Of a stretch of DNA of 64,000 bases, positions 31,784 through 42,963 are shown piece by piece. Below the pieces are notes generated by a model. It did no database searches, was not told the DNA's origin, and saw only the letters and a list, made by a program, of their open reading frames with translations. Both the position numbers and the translations under genes were made by a program. Origin of the DNA: an uncultured Planctomycetota bacterium (GTDB taxonomy: Bacteria; Planctomycetota; Planctomycetia; Isosphaerales; Isosphaeraceae); the NCBI GenBank assembly GCA_963845755.1, contig CAWJTV010000011.1, positions 672,001-736,000 on the forward strand. Direction: 5' to 3'. Each line of letters opens with the position of its first letter. Position 1 is the stretch's first letter.

Positions 31784-33736
31784 ATGCGCCGATTCACTCG
31801 ATACGTTACGCTCGCGCTGCTCGGCAGCCTGGCGGTTGGGTCGGTCCGGACAGTTGCCCAGGACGCCTCGCCGGACAATTCGTCCCGGCCCGCAACGCCA
31901 GCCCAATCCACCACTCCGCGCCAGCCGTCAACCTTCGGCGGGTCTCGCAGCCCTATGAGTCTGAGCGTCCAACAAGCCACGCCCGGCTCCGGTTCGTCCC
32001 GTCAACCGGCGGCGCCTACCGGCACCGGGACGGGACCAAAGGGCATTGCCTCATCCCGTGTTGCATCACCATCCAAATGGGCAGCGGCTCACAGCGCGCC
32101 AGCCGTCGCCGGGTCGAGGAACGCCGGCTGGCCGGCTCAGCCGGCAGCCGGGGGAGTGGCGGCGCGTCGGGCGGCGGGCGATCCCGCGGTGCGGCGGACT
32201 CAGATTGCCGGGGCGGCGATGACCCAGCCGCTGGGGCCGGGTGTGATGCCGCTGGCTCCGCCCTCGAGCGATCTGTCGGCCATCGCCACGACGTCGCCGC
32301 TGGGCGGCCAGTCGTTGAGTCTCCAGGCGGCCATGTACGGTGCCTTGACCGGCAACCCCGACCTGGTGACGCTCCGCCAGGGGAACCCACTGGCTGCCTC
32401 CGCCGAGGCCGTAGAGGTCGCGCGCCACTTCCCCACCACGCTCAACCCCACGCTCTGGATCGACTTCCGGCCGATCACCCTGATCCCGGCCACAGAGGCA
32501 ATTCCACCGACCGGCATTAGCAAGGGTAGCGGCCATAGCTTCTACCACTTCGGCCAGGATCTGATCTATCTCTCGCTGCGGCAACCGATTGAGCTGGGGC
32601 ATCAGACCACCCACCGCTACCACATCGCGCAGGCCGCCTACGACCAGCAGAGGTGGAACGTCTTGCAGGCCGAGCTGACCGCGCTGGTCCAGACCTACCG
32701 GTTCTTCCAGACGGCGGCTTACCGCCGCGAGCGGTTTCGGCTGGCCCAGCAGTTGGCCGACTTCAACGACCGGCTGCTCGCAACGCTTCGGCGCCAGCTC
32801 GAAGCGAGTCAGCCGGGGGTGACCGTGGCGGATGTCGCCCTGGCGCGCATCGAGAGCCAGGGGACGCGCCAGCAGGTCAAGGCGGCGCGGCAGGACTACC
32901 TGACGGCCCTGGGCGACCTCCGCAACCAGATCGGCATCTCCGAAGAGGCCGGGATGGTCGAACCGTTCGGCGAGTTCACGCTGCCCCAATACATCCCGCC
33001 GGTCGACGAGCAGTCCATGATCGAGACGGCCCTGGCCAACCGGCCCGACATCCACGCCGCGCAGGCCCAGGTGGCCGGGACCCAGTCGGCGGTCCGCCTG
33101 GCACAGGGCGATCGCATCCCGACGCCGGTGATCGGGCCGCAATATGAGATGGACGAGGCGGGCGTCCAGTACGTCGGCATGGTCTTCATCTCGCAGTTGC
33201 CGATCTGGAACAACGGCAAACCGCTGGTCCACCAGCGCCAGGCCGAACACCAGCGCGCGCTGGTGGCCGTCTACCAAGCTCAGCAGCGCGCCGTGGCGCA
33301 GGTCCGGGCGGCCGTGGCCCGCTGGAACGGCGCCACCGACCTGGTCAACGACTCCTCCGGCCTGAGCGTGGAGCTCGGCAAGGAAGTCGCCGCGCTGGAG
33401 CGGCTCTTCGAGCTGCGCCAGGCCGACTTGACCCGGCTGATGCAGGCGCGCCAGCGGCTGATCCAACTGGAGAACTCCCGCCTCGACGCCGTCTGGGCGG
33501 CCACCCAGGCCCAGTCCGACCTGCTGCTGGCCCTGGGCGCCCCGTCCCTCATCCACGCCATGCTCAGCCAGGCGCAGCGCGACGCGGCCCCCGGAGGCGC
33601 GACGCCGGCCCCGCCGACTGCGCCTTCCGCCTCATCGACGCCACCCGCACCGAACCCCACTGCACCGCGCAACGGCACGGCCACCGCGACCCTCGCTCCC
33701 GCCGTGAGCGCGCCGAACGCCGCCGTCCGCCGTTAA
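31784..33736 (+). CDS. TolC/CzcC-family outer membrane efflux protein with long low-complexity termini
   Basis: Signal peptide; ALTGNPDL, ALANRPDI, LPIWNNG; helical repeats; next to the RND locus. Confidence 0.85.
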   Translation: MRRFTRYVTLALLGSLAVGSVRTVAQDASPDNSSRPATPAQSTTPRQPSTFGGSRSPMSLSVQQATPGSGSSRQPAAPTGTGTGPKGIASSRVASPSKWAAAHSAPAVAGSRNAGWPAQPAAGGVAARRAAGDPAVRRTQIAGAAMTQPLGPGVMPLAPPSSDLSAIATTSPLGGQSLSLQAAMYGALTGNPDLVTLRQGNPLAASAEAVEVARHFPTTLNPTLWIDFRPITLIPATEAIPPTGISKGSGHSFYHFGQDLIYLSLRQPIELGHQTTHRYHIAQAAYDQQRWNVLQAELTALVQTYRFFQTAAYRRERFRLAQQLADFNDRLLATLRRQLEASQPGVTVADVALARIESQGTRQQVKAARQDYLTALGDLRNQIGISEEAGMVEPFGEFTLPQYIPPVDEQSMIETALANRPDIHAAQAQVAGTQSAVRLAQGDRIPTPVIGPQYEMDEAGVQYVGMVFISQLPIWNNGKPLVHQRQAEHQRALVAVYQAQQRAVAQVRAAVARWNGATDLVNDSSGLSVELGKEVAALERLFELRQADLTRLMQARQRLIQLENSRLDAVWAATQAQSDLLLALGAPSLIHAMLSQAQRDAAPGGATPAPPTAPSASSTPPAPNPTAPRNGTATATLAPAVSAPNAAVRR

Positions 33737-33772
33737 CAAGCATCTCCAAGAGGTCGGCTGGCCCTCGTCTCC

Positions 33773-34057
33773 TCAATCCTCGGGCCAGGTCGCCGCGCGG
33801 CGGATCCAGCCGATCATCCGTTCGCCGGCCGTGCAGAGGCCGAAGCCCAGGAGGCCCAGGACCATGGCCGTCGCCACGAAGGCCAGGGTGCCGGCGATCC
33901 ACATCAGGACCGCCAGGACCAATCGTCCGATGAACGGGTCGAGCAAGACCCACATCCAGGTCGCCACCAGCGCGACGGCGAGCATCAGACTCCGGATCCG
34001 GAACCGGCGTCGTCGTCGTTGAAGCTCGCCAGCGACTGATGGCCGTGTTTGATCCAT
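33773..34057 (-). CDS. Small membrane protein
   Basis: RFRIRSLMLAVALVA leader followed by hydrophobic segments. Confidence 0.6.
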   Translation of the reverse strand: MDQTRPSVAGELQRRRRRFRIRSLMLAVALVATWMWVLLDPFIGRLVLAVLMWIAGTLAFVATAMVLGLLGFGLCTAGERMIGWIRRAATWPED

Positions 34058-34103
34058 GGAGCGGGTTCGATGATAGAAGGCTGAACACTCAACATTAAAA
34101 ACA

Positions 34104-34640
34104 TCAATCCATCAGAAACCGTCCGGGTTCGGCGTCTTCATGACGGATCTCGTCAACCGGTTCGGTCTTGCCCCAACCGGCATAGAGGCGGTTGGGCGCG
34201 TTGAAGACCAGGCCCGGGACGTCGCCGACATTGCGGTAGGCGTGCACGACGCCCGGCGGGATCCAGACCGCCATGGGGTTCGACGCGCCGACCTCGACCA
34301 CCCAACGATGGCCACGGGTCGGGCTGTCTGCCCGGGTGTCCCAGAGGAACAGCCGGAAGTCGGAAGGGCCCAGGAACGCGAATCCGTCGGTCTGATCGAA
34401 ATGCTCGTGCGGCCCGCGCGTCACGCCCGGCAGGGTCGCCGACACGTACGTCATCGCCGGCCAACGGGACTCCGCCAGTTCATCCTGACGGAACAACTCG
34501 ACCAGCCAGCCGCGGGCATCGTGATGGAATCGCAGCGGGCGCATGGTTACTCCATCGATCTCTCCATCGAAGAATGCAGGAACCATCTCGACCCTGGATT
34601 CCATCACAGCCGAGCCGCCGATCTGCCAGAATCCCTTCAT
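34104..34640 (-). CDS. dTDP-4-dehydrorhamnose 3,5-epimerase (RmlC-like cupin); start uncertain
   Basis: IDGV, DARGWLVELFR, GVTRGPHEH, DTRADSPT, IPPGVVHAY. Confidence 0.85.
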   Translation of the reverse strand: MKGFWQIGGSAVMESRVEMVPAFFDGEIDGVTMRPLRFHHDARGWLVELFRQDELAESRWPAMTYVSATLPGVTRGPHEHFDQTDGFAFLGPSDFRLFLWDTRADSPTRGHRWVVEVGASNPMAVWIPPGVVHAYRNVGDVPGLVFNAPNRLYAGWGKTEPVDEIRHEDAEPGRFLMD

Positions 34641-34974
34641 GGCCACTCTCCTTTATTGTGAACTCCTCGGGTTCCGGAGCGGTCTGACTCCAGCGGAATC
34701 GGGATTTTCCCCGTGGGTGTCTCCCGCCAACCCGCAGTCATCCGTGCTCTGCCGGCGGGATCCGGCACGCTGTGCCCTCCCGGACCACGTTCCCGCAAAC
34801 CGAGGCGCCTCGATGCATTATAATCGGCAACGGGTTTCCCGGGAGAGGAACTCCTGCCGTGCGTCCACCCAGGCCGTGCGGGCCAATTGACAGCGAATGA
34901 TTTATCTGCCTAGACTGAGTCAGCGCATGCTAAAACCTTATGCAGGCGATGTCCTGTTGCCAGGAGGACCAGGC

Positions 34975-36366
34975 GTGGCCGATAAGCCCTGGAGTGGCCG
35001 GTTCGCTCAGAAGACTGACCGGCGCGTTGAGGCGTTCACAGAGTCGATCTCCTTCGACCATCGACTTTTCAAGCAAGATATCCGCGGTTCGATCGCCCAT
35101 GCGCACATGCTCCAACAGGTTGGGTTGTTAACTCACGACGAATGCCGGCAAATTGAGCGGGTACTGTCAGAAATCCAGGCTGACATCGAGGAAGGGCGAT
35201 TTGCGTTCGTCCTGGAGCGCGAAGACGTCCACATGCACATCGAGGCGGCGCTCGTCGAGAAACTGGGTGACACCGGTCGGAAGCTGCACATGGCGCGGAG
35301 CCGCAACGATCAGGTCGCGACGGGCGTGAAGCTCTGGGTTCGTGAGGCAATCGACCGGGTCGACCGCGGTCTGATCGGGCTTCAACGCGCCCTGGTGTCC
35401 GCGGGCTTACGACATCGCATGCTGATCCTGCCGGGCTACACGCACATGCAGCGGGCCCAGCCGGTCCTGGCTCCTCATTACTTCCTGGCCTATGTCGAGA
35501 AGCTGGAGCGGGATCGGTCACGGCTGGCGGATTGCCGCAAACGGCTGAACGTCCTGCCGCTGGGTGCCGCGGCGCTGGCCGGCACCAGCCTGCCGATCGA
35601 TCGTGAATTCGTCGCGCGGGAATTGGATTTTGAAAGCGTCGCGGCCAACAGCCTGGATGTTTCGAGCGATCGGGATTTCGCGATCGAGTCCGTGTTCGTG
35701 CTGACGATGATCGCCGAGCACCTCGCCGGCTGGGCCGAGGAGTGGATTCTCTGGAGCACCCAGGAGTTCGGGTTCCTGGCCCTGCCCGACGCGATTTGCA
35801 CCGGCAGCAGCATCATGCCTCAGAAGAAGAACCCGGATGTCCTGGAATTGATCCGCGGCCGCGCGGCGCGGGTCATCGGCAGCCTGACGACGCTCCTGGT
35901 CCTGATCAAGGGCTTGCCCCTGGCCTATAACCGCGACTTGCAGGAGGACAAGGAGCCGTTGTTCGACGCGTTCGATACCGTGGAAGCCTGCCTGGAGCTG
36001 GCGGCTGTCGTGGTGGAGGGCGCATCGCTCCGCAGCGATCGGATCGCCGGGCGGCTCGACGAAGGCTTTCTCGACGCGACCACGTTGATGGAATACTTGA
36101 TCCGACAAGGCGTCCCCCAGCGCACGGCGCACGAGGCGATCGGTCGCCTGGTCGGCCTCTGCGAGCGCCGGGGGCTCAAACGCCTGGCCGACCTGACCGA
36201 CGCCGAGTTGGTCGAGGCGCATCCCCAGCTCGGCACCGAGGCGCGCGGGGTGCTCGGGGTCGAGAACGCCATCAAGGCGTTTCAGTCATACGGCTCGACG
36301 GCGCCGGCGGAGGTGGAGAGGCAGTTGGAAGGTTGGAAACGCCGCTTGGAGACCCGAACTGAATGA
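34975..36366 (+). CDS. argH: Argininosuccinate lyase
   Basis: WSGRF, EDVHMHIE, RSRNDQ, PGYTHMQRAQP, GSSIMPQKKNPD, YNRDLQEDK; GGAGG before the GTG at 34975. Confidence 0.97.
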   Translation: MADKPWSGRFAQKTDRRVEAFTESISFDHRLFKQDIRGSIAHAHMLQQVGLLTHDECRQIERVLSEIQADIEEGRFAFVLEREDVHMHIEAALVEKLGDTGRKLHMARSRNDQVATGVKLWVREAIDRVDRGLIGLQRALVSAGLRHRMLILPGYTHMQRAQPVLAPHYFLAYVEKLERDRSRLADCRKRLNVLPLGAAALAGTSLPIDREFVARELDFESVAANSLDVSSDRDFAIESVFVLTMIAEHLAGWAEEWILWSTQEFGFLALPDAICTGSSIMPQKKNPDVLELIRGRAARVIGSLTTLLVLIKGLPLAYNRDLQEDKEPLFDAFDTVEACLELAAVVVEGASLRSDRIAGRLDEGFLDATTLMEYLIRQGVPQRTAHEAIGRLVGLCERRGLKRLADLTDAELVEAHPQLGTEARGVLGVENAIKAFQSYGSTAPAEVERQLEGWKRRLETRTE

Positions 36367-36370
36367 TGCT

Positions 36371-36390
36371 GGAGTTCCGCCTTCAGGCGG
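36371..36390. repeat. Single REP-like hairpin GGAGTTCCGCCTTCAGGCGG after the argH stop
   Basis: CCGCCT-TC-AGGCGG hairpin; a reverse-complement core also occurs near 58398-58411. Confidence 0.5.
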
Positions 36391-36511
36391 TCCGAATGAA
36401 CCGATCCCGGCGGTCGCTCCAAGGTGGCGCGATGGCCGACTTCGTCCTTCCGTGGCAAGTCGAGGCGCGGCTTGTTGTTGATGCCACACTTGCCAATCAA
36501 GGAGCTCCTCC

Positions 36512-36745
36512 ATGACTACGGATCCGATCTCACTCACCCCAGTCGAATCCCAGTTGCTGCATTCCATGGCACAACAGACCGGGAGGAGTGAAAACGAGTT
36601 GCTCCACGAGGCCTTGGATCTTCTCCAAGCCAAGGTCGATCTCGAGAAACGCCGGTCTCAGCTTCGAGGTGCCCGCGGCATGTGGAGGGATCGCGACGAC
36701 TTGCCCAACCTGGCGGACCTTCGAAATGAGATGAATCGGGGATGA
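36512..36745 (+). CDS. RHH/CopG-type antitoxin
   Basis: ISLT...MAQQTGRSENELLHEALD; ARGMWRDRDDLP tail; directly upstream of a PIN gene. Confidence 0.8.
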   Translation: MTTDPISLTPVESQLLHSMAQQTGRSENELLHEALDLLQAKVDLEKRRSQLRGARGMWRDRDDLPNLADLRNEMNRG

Positions 36746-36761
36746 GCGAGGCCGGTGCCGT

Positions 36762-37148
36762 ATGTCAACTCGACTCATGATAGATACCGACGTTCTGATC
36801 GACTATCTCCGCGACCAACCTGATGCCGTGACTTATCTTGAGAGTTTGACCGGGCCTCTCTTGATGTCCGTCATCACGCTGGCCGAGTTGTATGCCGGTG
36901 TTCGGGAGGGTGGCGAACGCACACGACTTGATCAATTCGTCCAAGCCTTTCAGTTGGTACCGGTAGACGGGGGAATCGCCCAGAAAGGGGGACTGTATCG
37001 CAGGGATTATCTCCCGAGCCACAACGTGGGACTCGCCGACGCACTCATCGCGGCCACGGCCGAAAGCGAACAAGCGACATTGGTAACGCTTAATCAAAAG
37101 CACTTTCCGATGCTAGGCCAGTTATTCGTGCCTTACCGGAAGCCTTAA
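36762..37148 (+). CDS. PIN-domain toxin (VapC family)
   Basis: IDTDVLIDYLR, ITLAELYAG, LADALIAATA, LVTLNQKHF. Confidence 0.93.
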   Translation: MSTRLMIDTDVLIDYLRDQPDAVTYLESLTGPLLMSVITLAELYAGVREGGERTRLDQFVQAFQLVPVDGGIAQKGGLYRRDYLPSHNVGLADALIAATAESEQATLVTLNQKHFPMLGQLFVPYRKP

Positions 37149-37222
37149 CGTTAGCCCAGCTGTTCCCGGCCGGCCGGCGAATCCGGCCTTGCCTAACCGA
37201 CCGAAAAGGACCCCGAGGACCC

Positions 37223-38516
37223 ATGGAACCCTACCGCTACCGCGACGGACAACTGTACTGCGAGGACACACCGGCGACCGATCTAGCGCAGCGGTTCGGC
37301 ACGCCGCTGTATGTCTACAGCCAGGCGGCGATCCTGGGGACGCTCCGCGCCCTCCAGACCGCCTATGCCGAGGTCGATCCCCTGGTGTGCTACTCGGTGA
37401 AAGCCAACTCGAACCTGGGCATCCTCAAGGTGATGGCCGAGCACGGCAGCGGGTTCGACGTGGTCTCGGGCGGCGAACTGTACCGCGTGGGCCTGGCCGG
37501 CGGCGCGCCGGACAAGACCGTGTTTGCCGGCGTGGGCAAGACCGACGAGGAGATCCGCGCCGGGCTCGAGGCCGGCGTCTTGATGTTCAACGTCGAGAGC
37601 GAGGCCGAGCTCGACGCCGTCGCCCGAGTGGCCGCCACGATCGGCAAAGTCGCGCCGATCGCGCTGCGCGTCAATCCCGACGTCGACCCCCAGACTCACC
37701 GATACATCTCGACCGGCAAGAAGGAGTCGAAGTTCGGCATGGACATCGCGCGGGCCGAACGGGTCGCGCAGGCCGCCGTCGCGATCCCTTCGATCCGCAT
37801 GATCGGCATGCACATGCATATCGGATCGCAGATCACCTCGACCGAGCCTTATGCCGGCGCCGTGGCCAAAGGGGTCGAGCTGATCGGCCGGTTGCGCGAA
37901 ACTGGGTCATCCGATCGCGTGGTACAACATGGGGGGCGGCTATGGGATCAACTATAAAGGGCGCGAAGCCCGGCCGATCGAGGAGTTCGCAAGGGTGATT
38001 TTGCCGGGTATCAAGGCCGCCGGCTGCCGGCTGGCGATCGAGCCGGGTCGCGTGATCGCCGGGAATGCGGGCATCTTGCTCAGCCGTGTGTTATATACCA
38101 AGCAGTCGGGTGAGAAGCGGTTCCTGATTCAGGATGCCGCGATGAATGATTTGATCCGGCCGGCCTTGTACGAGTCGTATCACCGGATCTGGCCGGTGGT
38201 GCTGCCCGCGGGAGTGCCTCCGCCGCCGGAGGACGCCGAGTCCACCGCCGCGGTCGCCGGGACGGAGCCCTGGGATGTCGTCGGTCCGGTGTGCGAGAGC
38301 GGCGACTTCCTCGCCAAGGACCGCCCGCTGCCCCGGCTGGATTCCGGCGCCCTGATCGCCACCTTCTCCGCCGGCGCCTACGGAATGGTCATGGCGTCCA
38401 ACTACAATACCCGTCCCCGCGCCGCCGAGATCCTCGTCGATGGTCCGAACGCCCGATTGGTCCGCCGTCGCGAGACCCTCGAGGATCTCGTCCGCCACGA
38501 GGTGGGACTCTCCTGA
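37223..38516 (+). CDS. lysA: Diaminopimelate decarboxylase; +1 frameshift in the A-run near 37900
   Basis: FGTPLYVYS, YSVKANSN, SKFG, HIGSQ, MGGG, EPGR, VVGPVCESGD, GAYG..MASNYN. Confidence 0.95.
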
Positions 38517-38550
38517 CGCGGCCTCCGGCCGCAATACGAAGTGGAATTCG

Positions 38551-38652
38551 AGATTCCAAAAAACAAGATTCCAAGATTCAAGAAACCCGGAAACCGCTCC
38601 GCCTGGAATCGTGAATGTTCAATTTTGAATCTGGAATCTGGAATCTGGAATC
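38551..38652. repeat. Heptamer element with inverted arms (AGATTCC)n ... (GGAATCT)n
   Basis: Left arm agattcc/agattca; right arm gaatctg gaatctg gaatctg gaatc. Confidence 0.75.
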
Positions 38653-38688
38653 GAGACCCATCAACCACTGACCACCGGACCCTGACCC

Positions 38689-41395
38689 ATGCGATCCCAC
38701 TCAACGCCTCGTCGAGCCGTGGCCGTCCGATGGCTGACCGCGAGCCTTTCGGTCCTGATCGGGAGCGCGGTCATTTCGATCGTGCCCGGCTCGGGGTCAG
38801 GTTTGAGTTCCGCGGCCCTGGCCCAACAGGCGGATGCGACTCCCCCCGCCGAGGCCCAACCGAAGGGTGCGACTCCCGCAGCCGCGGCCCAACAGGCGGA
38901 TGCGACTCCCCCGGCCGCGGCCCAACCGACGGCTCCGGCTACGCCCCCGACCTCGGCCCCACCGAAGGGCCCCGTGCTCTTTCCCATCGAGCCGAGGACG
39001 GCCATGGAAACCTGGGATAAGATCGATACATTGATCCGCAGCGGCCATCCCGAATTGGCGGTGCCGTATCTCGAGAAGTTCCTGAAGAACCCGCTGGACG
39101 ACGCCACCTGGATGGCGATCGGCGACCGGTTCGGATTGGCTTCCTTGATGCGGCTGTCCGAGGACCCGGCCACCCGGCCCTTCGCCCAGCCGGTGACCCA
39201 GGCGTTCGTGGCGGCTTCGCGGCGGCAGGCGGCGAAGAATCCCTCGCGGGCGAGCGAGCCGCCGGGGCCTGAACTGTTCGCCAAGGAGCCGCAAACGCCG
39301 ATCGAGCTCTGGGAAGCCGCCGACTATCTGATCCGCACCGGTCAGGCCCGGAAGGCGGTGCCGTATCTGGAGAAGTTCCAGAAGAGTCAGCCCGATGACG
39401 CAACGTTGGTCGCGGTCCGGGAGCGGTATGGCCCGGGGTCGTTCCTGCGACTGGATCAGGATCCGGGGACACAGCCGTTCGCGAAGCCGCTGATCGACGC
39501 CCTGACGGTAGCCTCGCGACGGCATGCAACCCGGCCGGATCGGATCGCCCGGTCGATCGCCGAGCTGACGAGTTCTCCCGAGGAGCAAGACTACGCCGTC
39601 CGCCGGCTTCGGGAGGCGGGTCCTTATGCGGTGCCGTACGTGATCGAGGCGCTGCGGCGGCCGGGGCTGTCGCGGCGGGATCACGACTTGCTGGTGAAGA
39701 ACCTGGGCCGGCTGGATTTCTCGGCCGTCCCGGTGCTGGGCGCCGTGCTCGAAAGCCCCGAACCCGCCCTGGCGACCGATGCGGCCACGGCGATGGGCTC
39801 GATCGGCGATCGGGAGGCCGTGCCGCTCCTGACGTACCCGGCGGCCGCTCCGGGTGTGGCTCCGGCCCTGCGGGCCGCCTCGCAGGCGGCGGTCGCCCGA
39901 TTGATCGGACGACCGTTTGGTGACCAGCCGCGCACCCCGGTCCAGGTCCTGACCGAGGCCGCCTGGAGCGAGCATCGACGCCGGCTCGACTTTCCCGAAG
40001 AGACCATCGTCGTCTGGGCATGGGACCCCGCGAAACACGCACCGGTGCCTCGCGAGGTGAACGCCGACGAGGCCCAGTCGATCCTCGGCCTGCGATTCGC
40101 GCGGGAAGCCTTGCGGCTGGACCCGAAGAACCGATCGGCGCAGGTCGCGCAGGTCAGCCTGGCCCTGGAGAAGGCGGTGCAAGGCGTCAATCCGGACGAG
40201 ACGCCGGCCAAGGATCCGGCCACTTTCGCCGCGGCGACCGCCGCCGGGCCCTCGCTGCTGGGCGAGGTGCTGGAGACCGCCATCGCCGACGGCAAGACCG
40301 ATCTGGCCGTCGTCGCGGTCCTCGCCCTGGCCAAGGTCACCGACGCTACGGCGCTCGCCGCGGGAGGCCGGACTCATCCCCTGGTCCGGGCCCTGACGGC
40401 GCCGGGACGGCGCACCCAGTTCGCCGCCGCCCGGTCGCTTGTCGAGCTGGCGCCCAAACGGCCGTTCGCCGGCTCCAGCCGCGTCGCACCCGTCCTCGCC
40501 CGGTTCATCATGAACCAGCCCCAGCCCCGCGCCGTGGTCATCGACGGCAACCCCAGCCGGGGCGGGGTGCTGGCGGGCTACCTCGGCAACCTCGGGTATC
40601 ATCCCGTCCTGGAGCGGACCGGCAACGAGGGCTTCCTCGCCGCCGCCGAAGCCGCCGACGTCGAGCTGATCGTCGTCAGCTATGACCTGTTCTACGGCGA
40701 CTGGAGGCTGACCGACACCCTGGCCAACCTCCAGGCCGATGCCCGCACCGCCGCGATCCCGCTGTACGTGTCGGGACCGTACGACCTGAGAATCACGCGG
40801 CCCAACCTGGAGCGGCGATTTCCCCGGAATCCGCTGGATCGTGCCCCCGCTGGACGCCGCGACGCTCGAGCAGGAGCTGAAGGACCGGCTGCCGCTGGTC
40901 TCGGGGCGCTCGGCCCCGACCACGGCCGCCGAACGTGTCCGGCTCGCTCGCGATGCGGGCCAGTTGCTGGCGCGGATCGCCGCCGATCCCAGGTCTCCGC
41001 TGGCCTCCGGACTGCTGACCATCGAACCGTCGCTGATCCTGGCCTTGACCTCAACCGAGACGGTACGTCCCGCGGCCGCCGTCCTCAGCGAGCTGCCCGA
41101 CCCGGACGCCCAGCGCGGCCTGGCCGACCTCCTGCTCGACCCCTCACAACCACCGGACCTCCGAACCCAGGTCGCCGCCATGCTGGTGCACAGCATCCGT
41201 CGCTTCAAGCCGCTGATCGTCGCTCGCCAGGAGGTCCGGCTCGCGGAGACGCTCGATCAGGAGATCGATCCCGGCGTCCGGTCCGGCGTGGCCGCCGTCC
41301 TGAACGCCCTGAAGTCGGCCGTTCCCCCGGCACCGCCCCAGTCACGGACCACGATCACGCCAGCTCGGCAGAAGTCAGTAGTCAGTAGTCAGTAG
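38689..41395 (+). CDS. Exported HEAT-repeat protein with a duplicated N-terminal domain and a receiver-like domain; frameshift near 40825
   Basis: Signal-like N-terminus; HEAT motifs (AATAMGSIGDREAVPLL); receiver-like RAVVIDG...LIVVS. Pieces 38689..41388 and 40841..41395. Confidence 0.75.
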
Positions 41396-41505
41396 TCACT
41401 CAATGCATTGGACTTCGGGAGATCTTCGGTTGCTTGGGGCGGCCTCGTATTCGGTCAAGACCCTCGGGCTCAATGGTCTTAACTGACGACTGACGACTGA
41501 CTACT
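41374..41505. repeat. Heptamer element with inverted arms (GTCAGTA)x3 ... (ACTGACG)x2-ACTGACT
   Basis: The left arm supplies the TAG at 41393-41395; the right arm abuts the AAGGA RBS of the next gene. Confidence 0.8.
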
Positions 41506-41517
41506 AAGGAAGCGTCC

Positions 41518-42738
41518 ATGGCCCTAGAGCCGAGAACCGGCCCCGGCACTCCGGGACAACGACGCAGCGGCGAGGATTCCGCACTGCCGGGCATCATCGG
41601 CTCGAGTGCGGCCCTCCAGGAGGTGGTCAAGACCACCCGCCGCGTGGCGCCGTCGCGCGCCTGCGTCCTGATCGTCGGCGAGACTGGCACGGGCAAGGAG
41701 CTGATCGCGCGCGCCATCCACGACCTCAGTCCCCGCTCCACCGGCCCGTACATCCGGGTCAACTGCGGCGCGCTGACCGAGAGCCTGCTCGAAAGCGAGC
41801 TGTTCGGTCACGTCAAGGGTTCGTTCACCGGCGCGGTTGACAATCGAACGGGCCGGTTCGAGGCGGCCCATGCCGGCAGCATCTTCCTCGACGAGATCAA
41901 CAGTACCTCGCCCAAGCTCCAGGTGAAGCTGCTCCGCGTCTTGCAGGAAGGCGAGTTCGAACGGGTCGGCGACAACAACACCAAGAAGGTCGACACCCGG
42001 ATCATCGCCGCGACGAATCGCGACTTGCTCGAGGAGATCGAGGCCGGCCGGTTCCGGGAAGACCTGTACTACCGGCTCAACGTGGTGCCGATCTACCTGG
42101 CCCCGCTGCGCAAGCGCCGGGACGACATCGAACCCCTGGTGAACTTTTTCCTCAACCGCTACGCGGAGCAAAACCGGCGGGATATGAGGAAGGTCCACGC
42201 GGAGGCGATGCGGCTGTTGCGCGAGCACGACTGGCCGGGGAATGTGCGGGAGCTTCAGAACTACGTCGAAAGGGCGGTGATCCTCGGCATGGGCCCGGAG
42301 CTGACGGTCGAGCACTTGCCGCCGCAGTTACGGGGCCAGAGCGTGCCGCGTCCGATCCGGTCGCGAGGCATCGGCACCGACCTGGCTGGGCTCACCGCCG
42401 AGCTGGTCCGCTCGGGAGTCCGGGCCGCCGGGCCAGCCGCCAACGACCTGTACGACCGGATCGTCGGCCGGGTCGAGCGCGAGCTGATCGAGCAGGTCCT
42501 CCAGACCTGCGACCGCGTCCAGATCAAGGCCGCCGCCCGGCTGGGCATCAACCGCAACACCCTGCACAAGAAGCTCTCCGAATTCCGTCTGGATGACACT
42601 GCGGCCGCGCCGGCCGGCTCGTCTTCCGACAACGGCGATTTCCGCGACTCCGACGACGACGATCCGAACCCCGATCGCGATTCACCCCGACCCGGAGCCG
42701 AACTCCCGGCGCCGGCCCCGCCCATCGACGAGTATTAG
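41518..42738 (+). CDS. Sigma-54-dependent activator (AAA+ plus Fis HTH) without an N-terminal sensor domain
   Basis: [58 protein letters not shown]. Confidence 0.95.
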   Translation: MALEPRTGPGTPGQRRSGEDSALPGIIGSSAALQEVVKTTRRVAPSRACVLIVGETGTGKELIARAIHDLSPRSTGPYIRVNCGALTESLLESELFGHVKGSFTGAVDNRTGRFEAAHAGSIFLDEINSTSPKLQVKLLRVLQEGEFERVGDNNTKKVDTRIIAATNRDLLEEIEAGRFREDLYYRLNVVPIYLAPLRKRRDDIEPLVNFFLNRYAEQNRRDMRKVHAEAMRLLREHDWPGNVRELQNYVERAVILGMGPELTVEHLPPQLRGQSVPRPIRSRGIGTDLAGLTAELVRSGVRAAGPAANDLYDRIVGRVERELIEQVLQTCDRVQIKAAARLGINRNTLHKKLSEFRLDDTAAAPAGSSSDNGDFRDSDDDDPNPDRDSPRPGAELPAPAPPIDEY

Positions 42739-42800
42739 CCGGCATGTCTGACCGCAGAGACCGCAAACCGACGTGGAACATGATCGAACTCATTCACAAG

Positions 42801-42856
42801 ACACAGAGAGCACAGAGAAGACCGGGCATTTCTGACTTCTCTGTGCCTCTGTGGTG
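42801..42856. repeat. CACAGAG-type hairpin repeat
   Basis: acacagagagcacagagaag ... cttctctgtgcctctgtgg; a right arm also lies at 50929-50958. Confidence 0.65.
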
Positions 42857-42963
42857 AGGAATCCAGGTTGATCGTCCGTAGTCCTCGATGACGCGGCCTG
42901 TCAAGCACTGACCCGTGAGAACCGGGCGTCAGATCAAACAGGCGAGGGTGAAAGAGGAAGGCA

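Noticed and set aside
37895..37905. Programmed frameshift in lysA
   Set aside because: No slippery heptamer, and similar 1-nt indels occur throughout the window.
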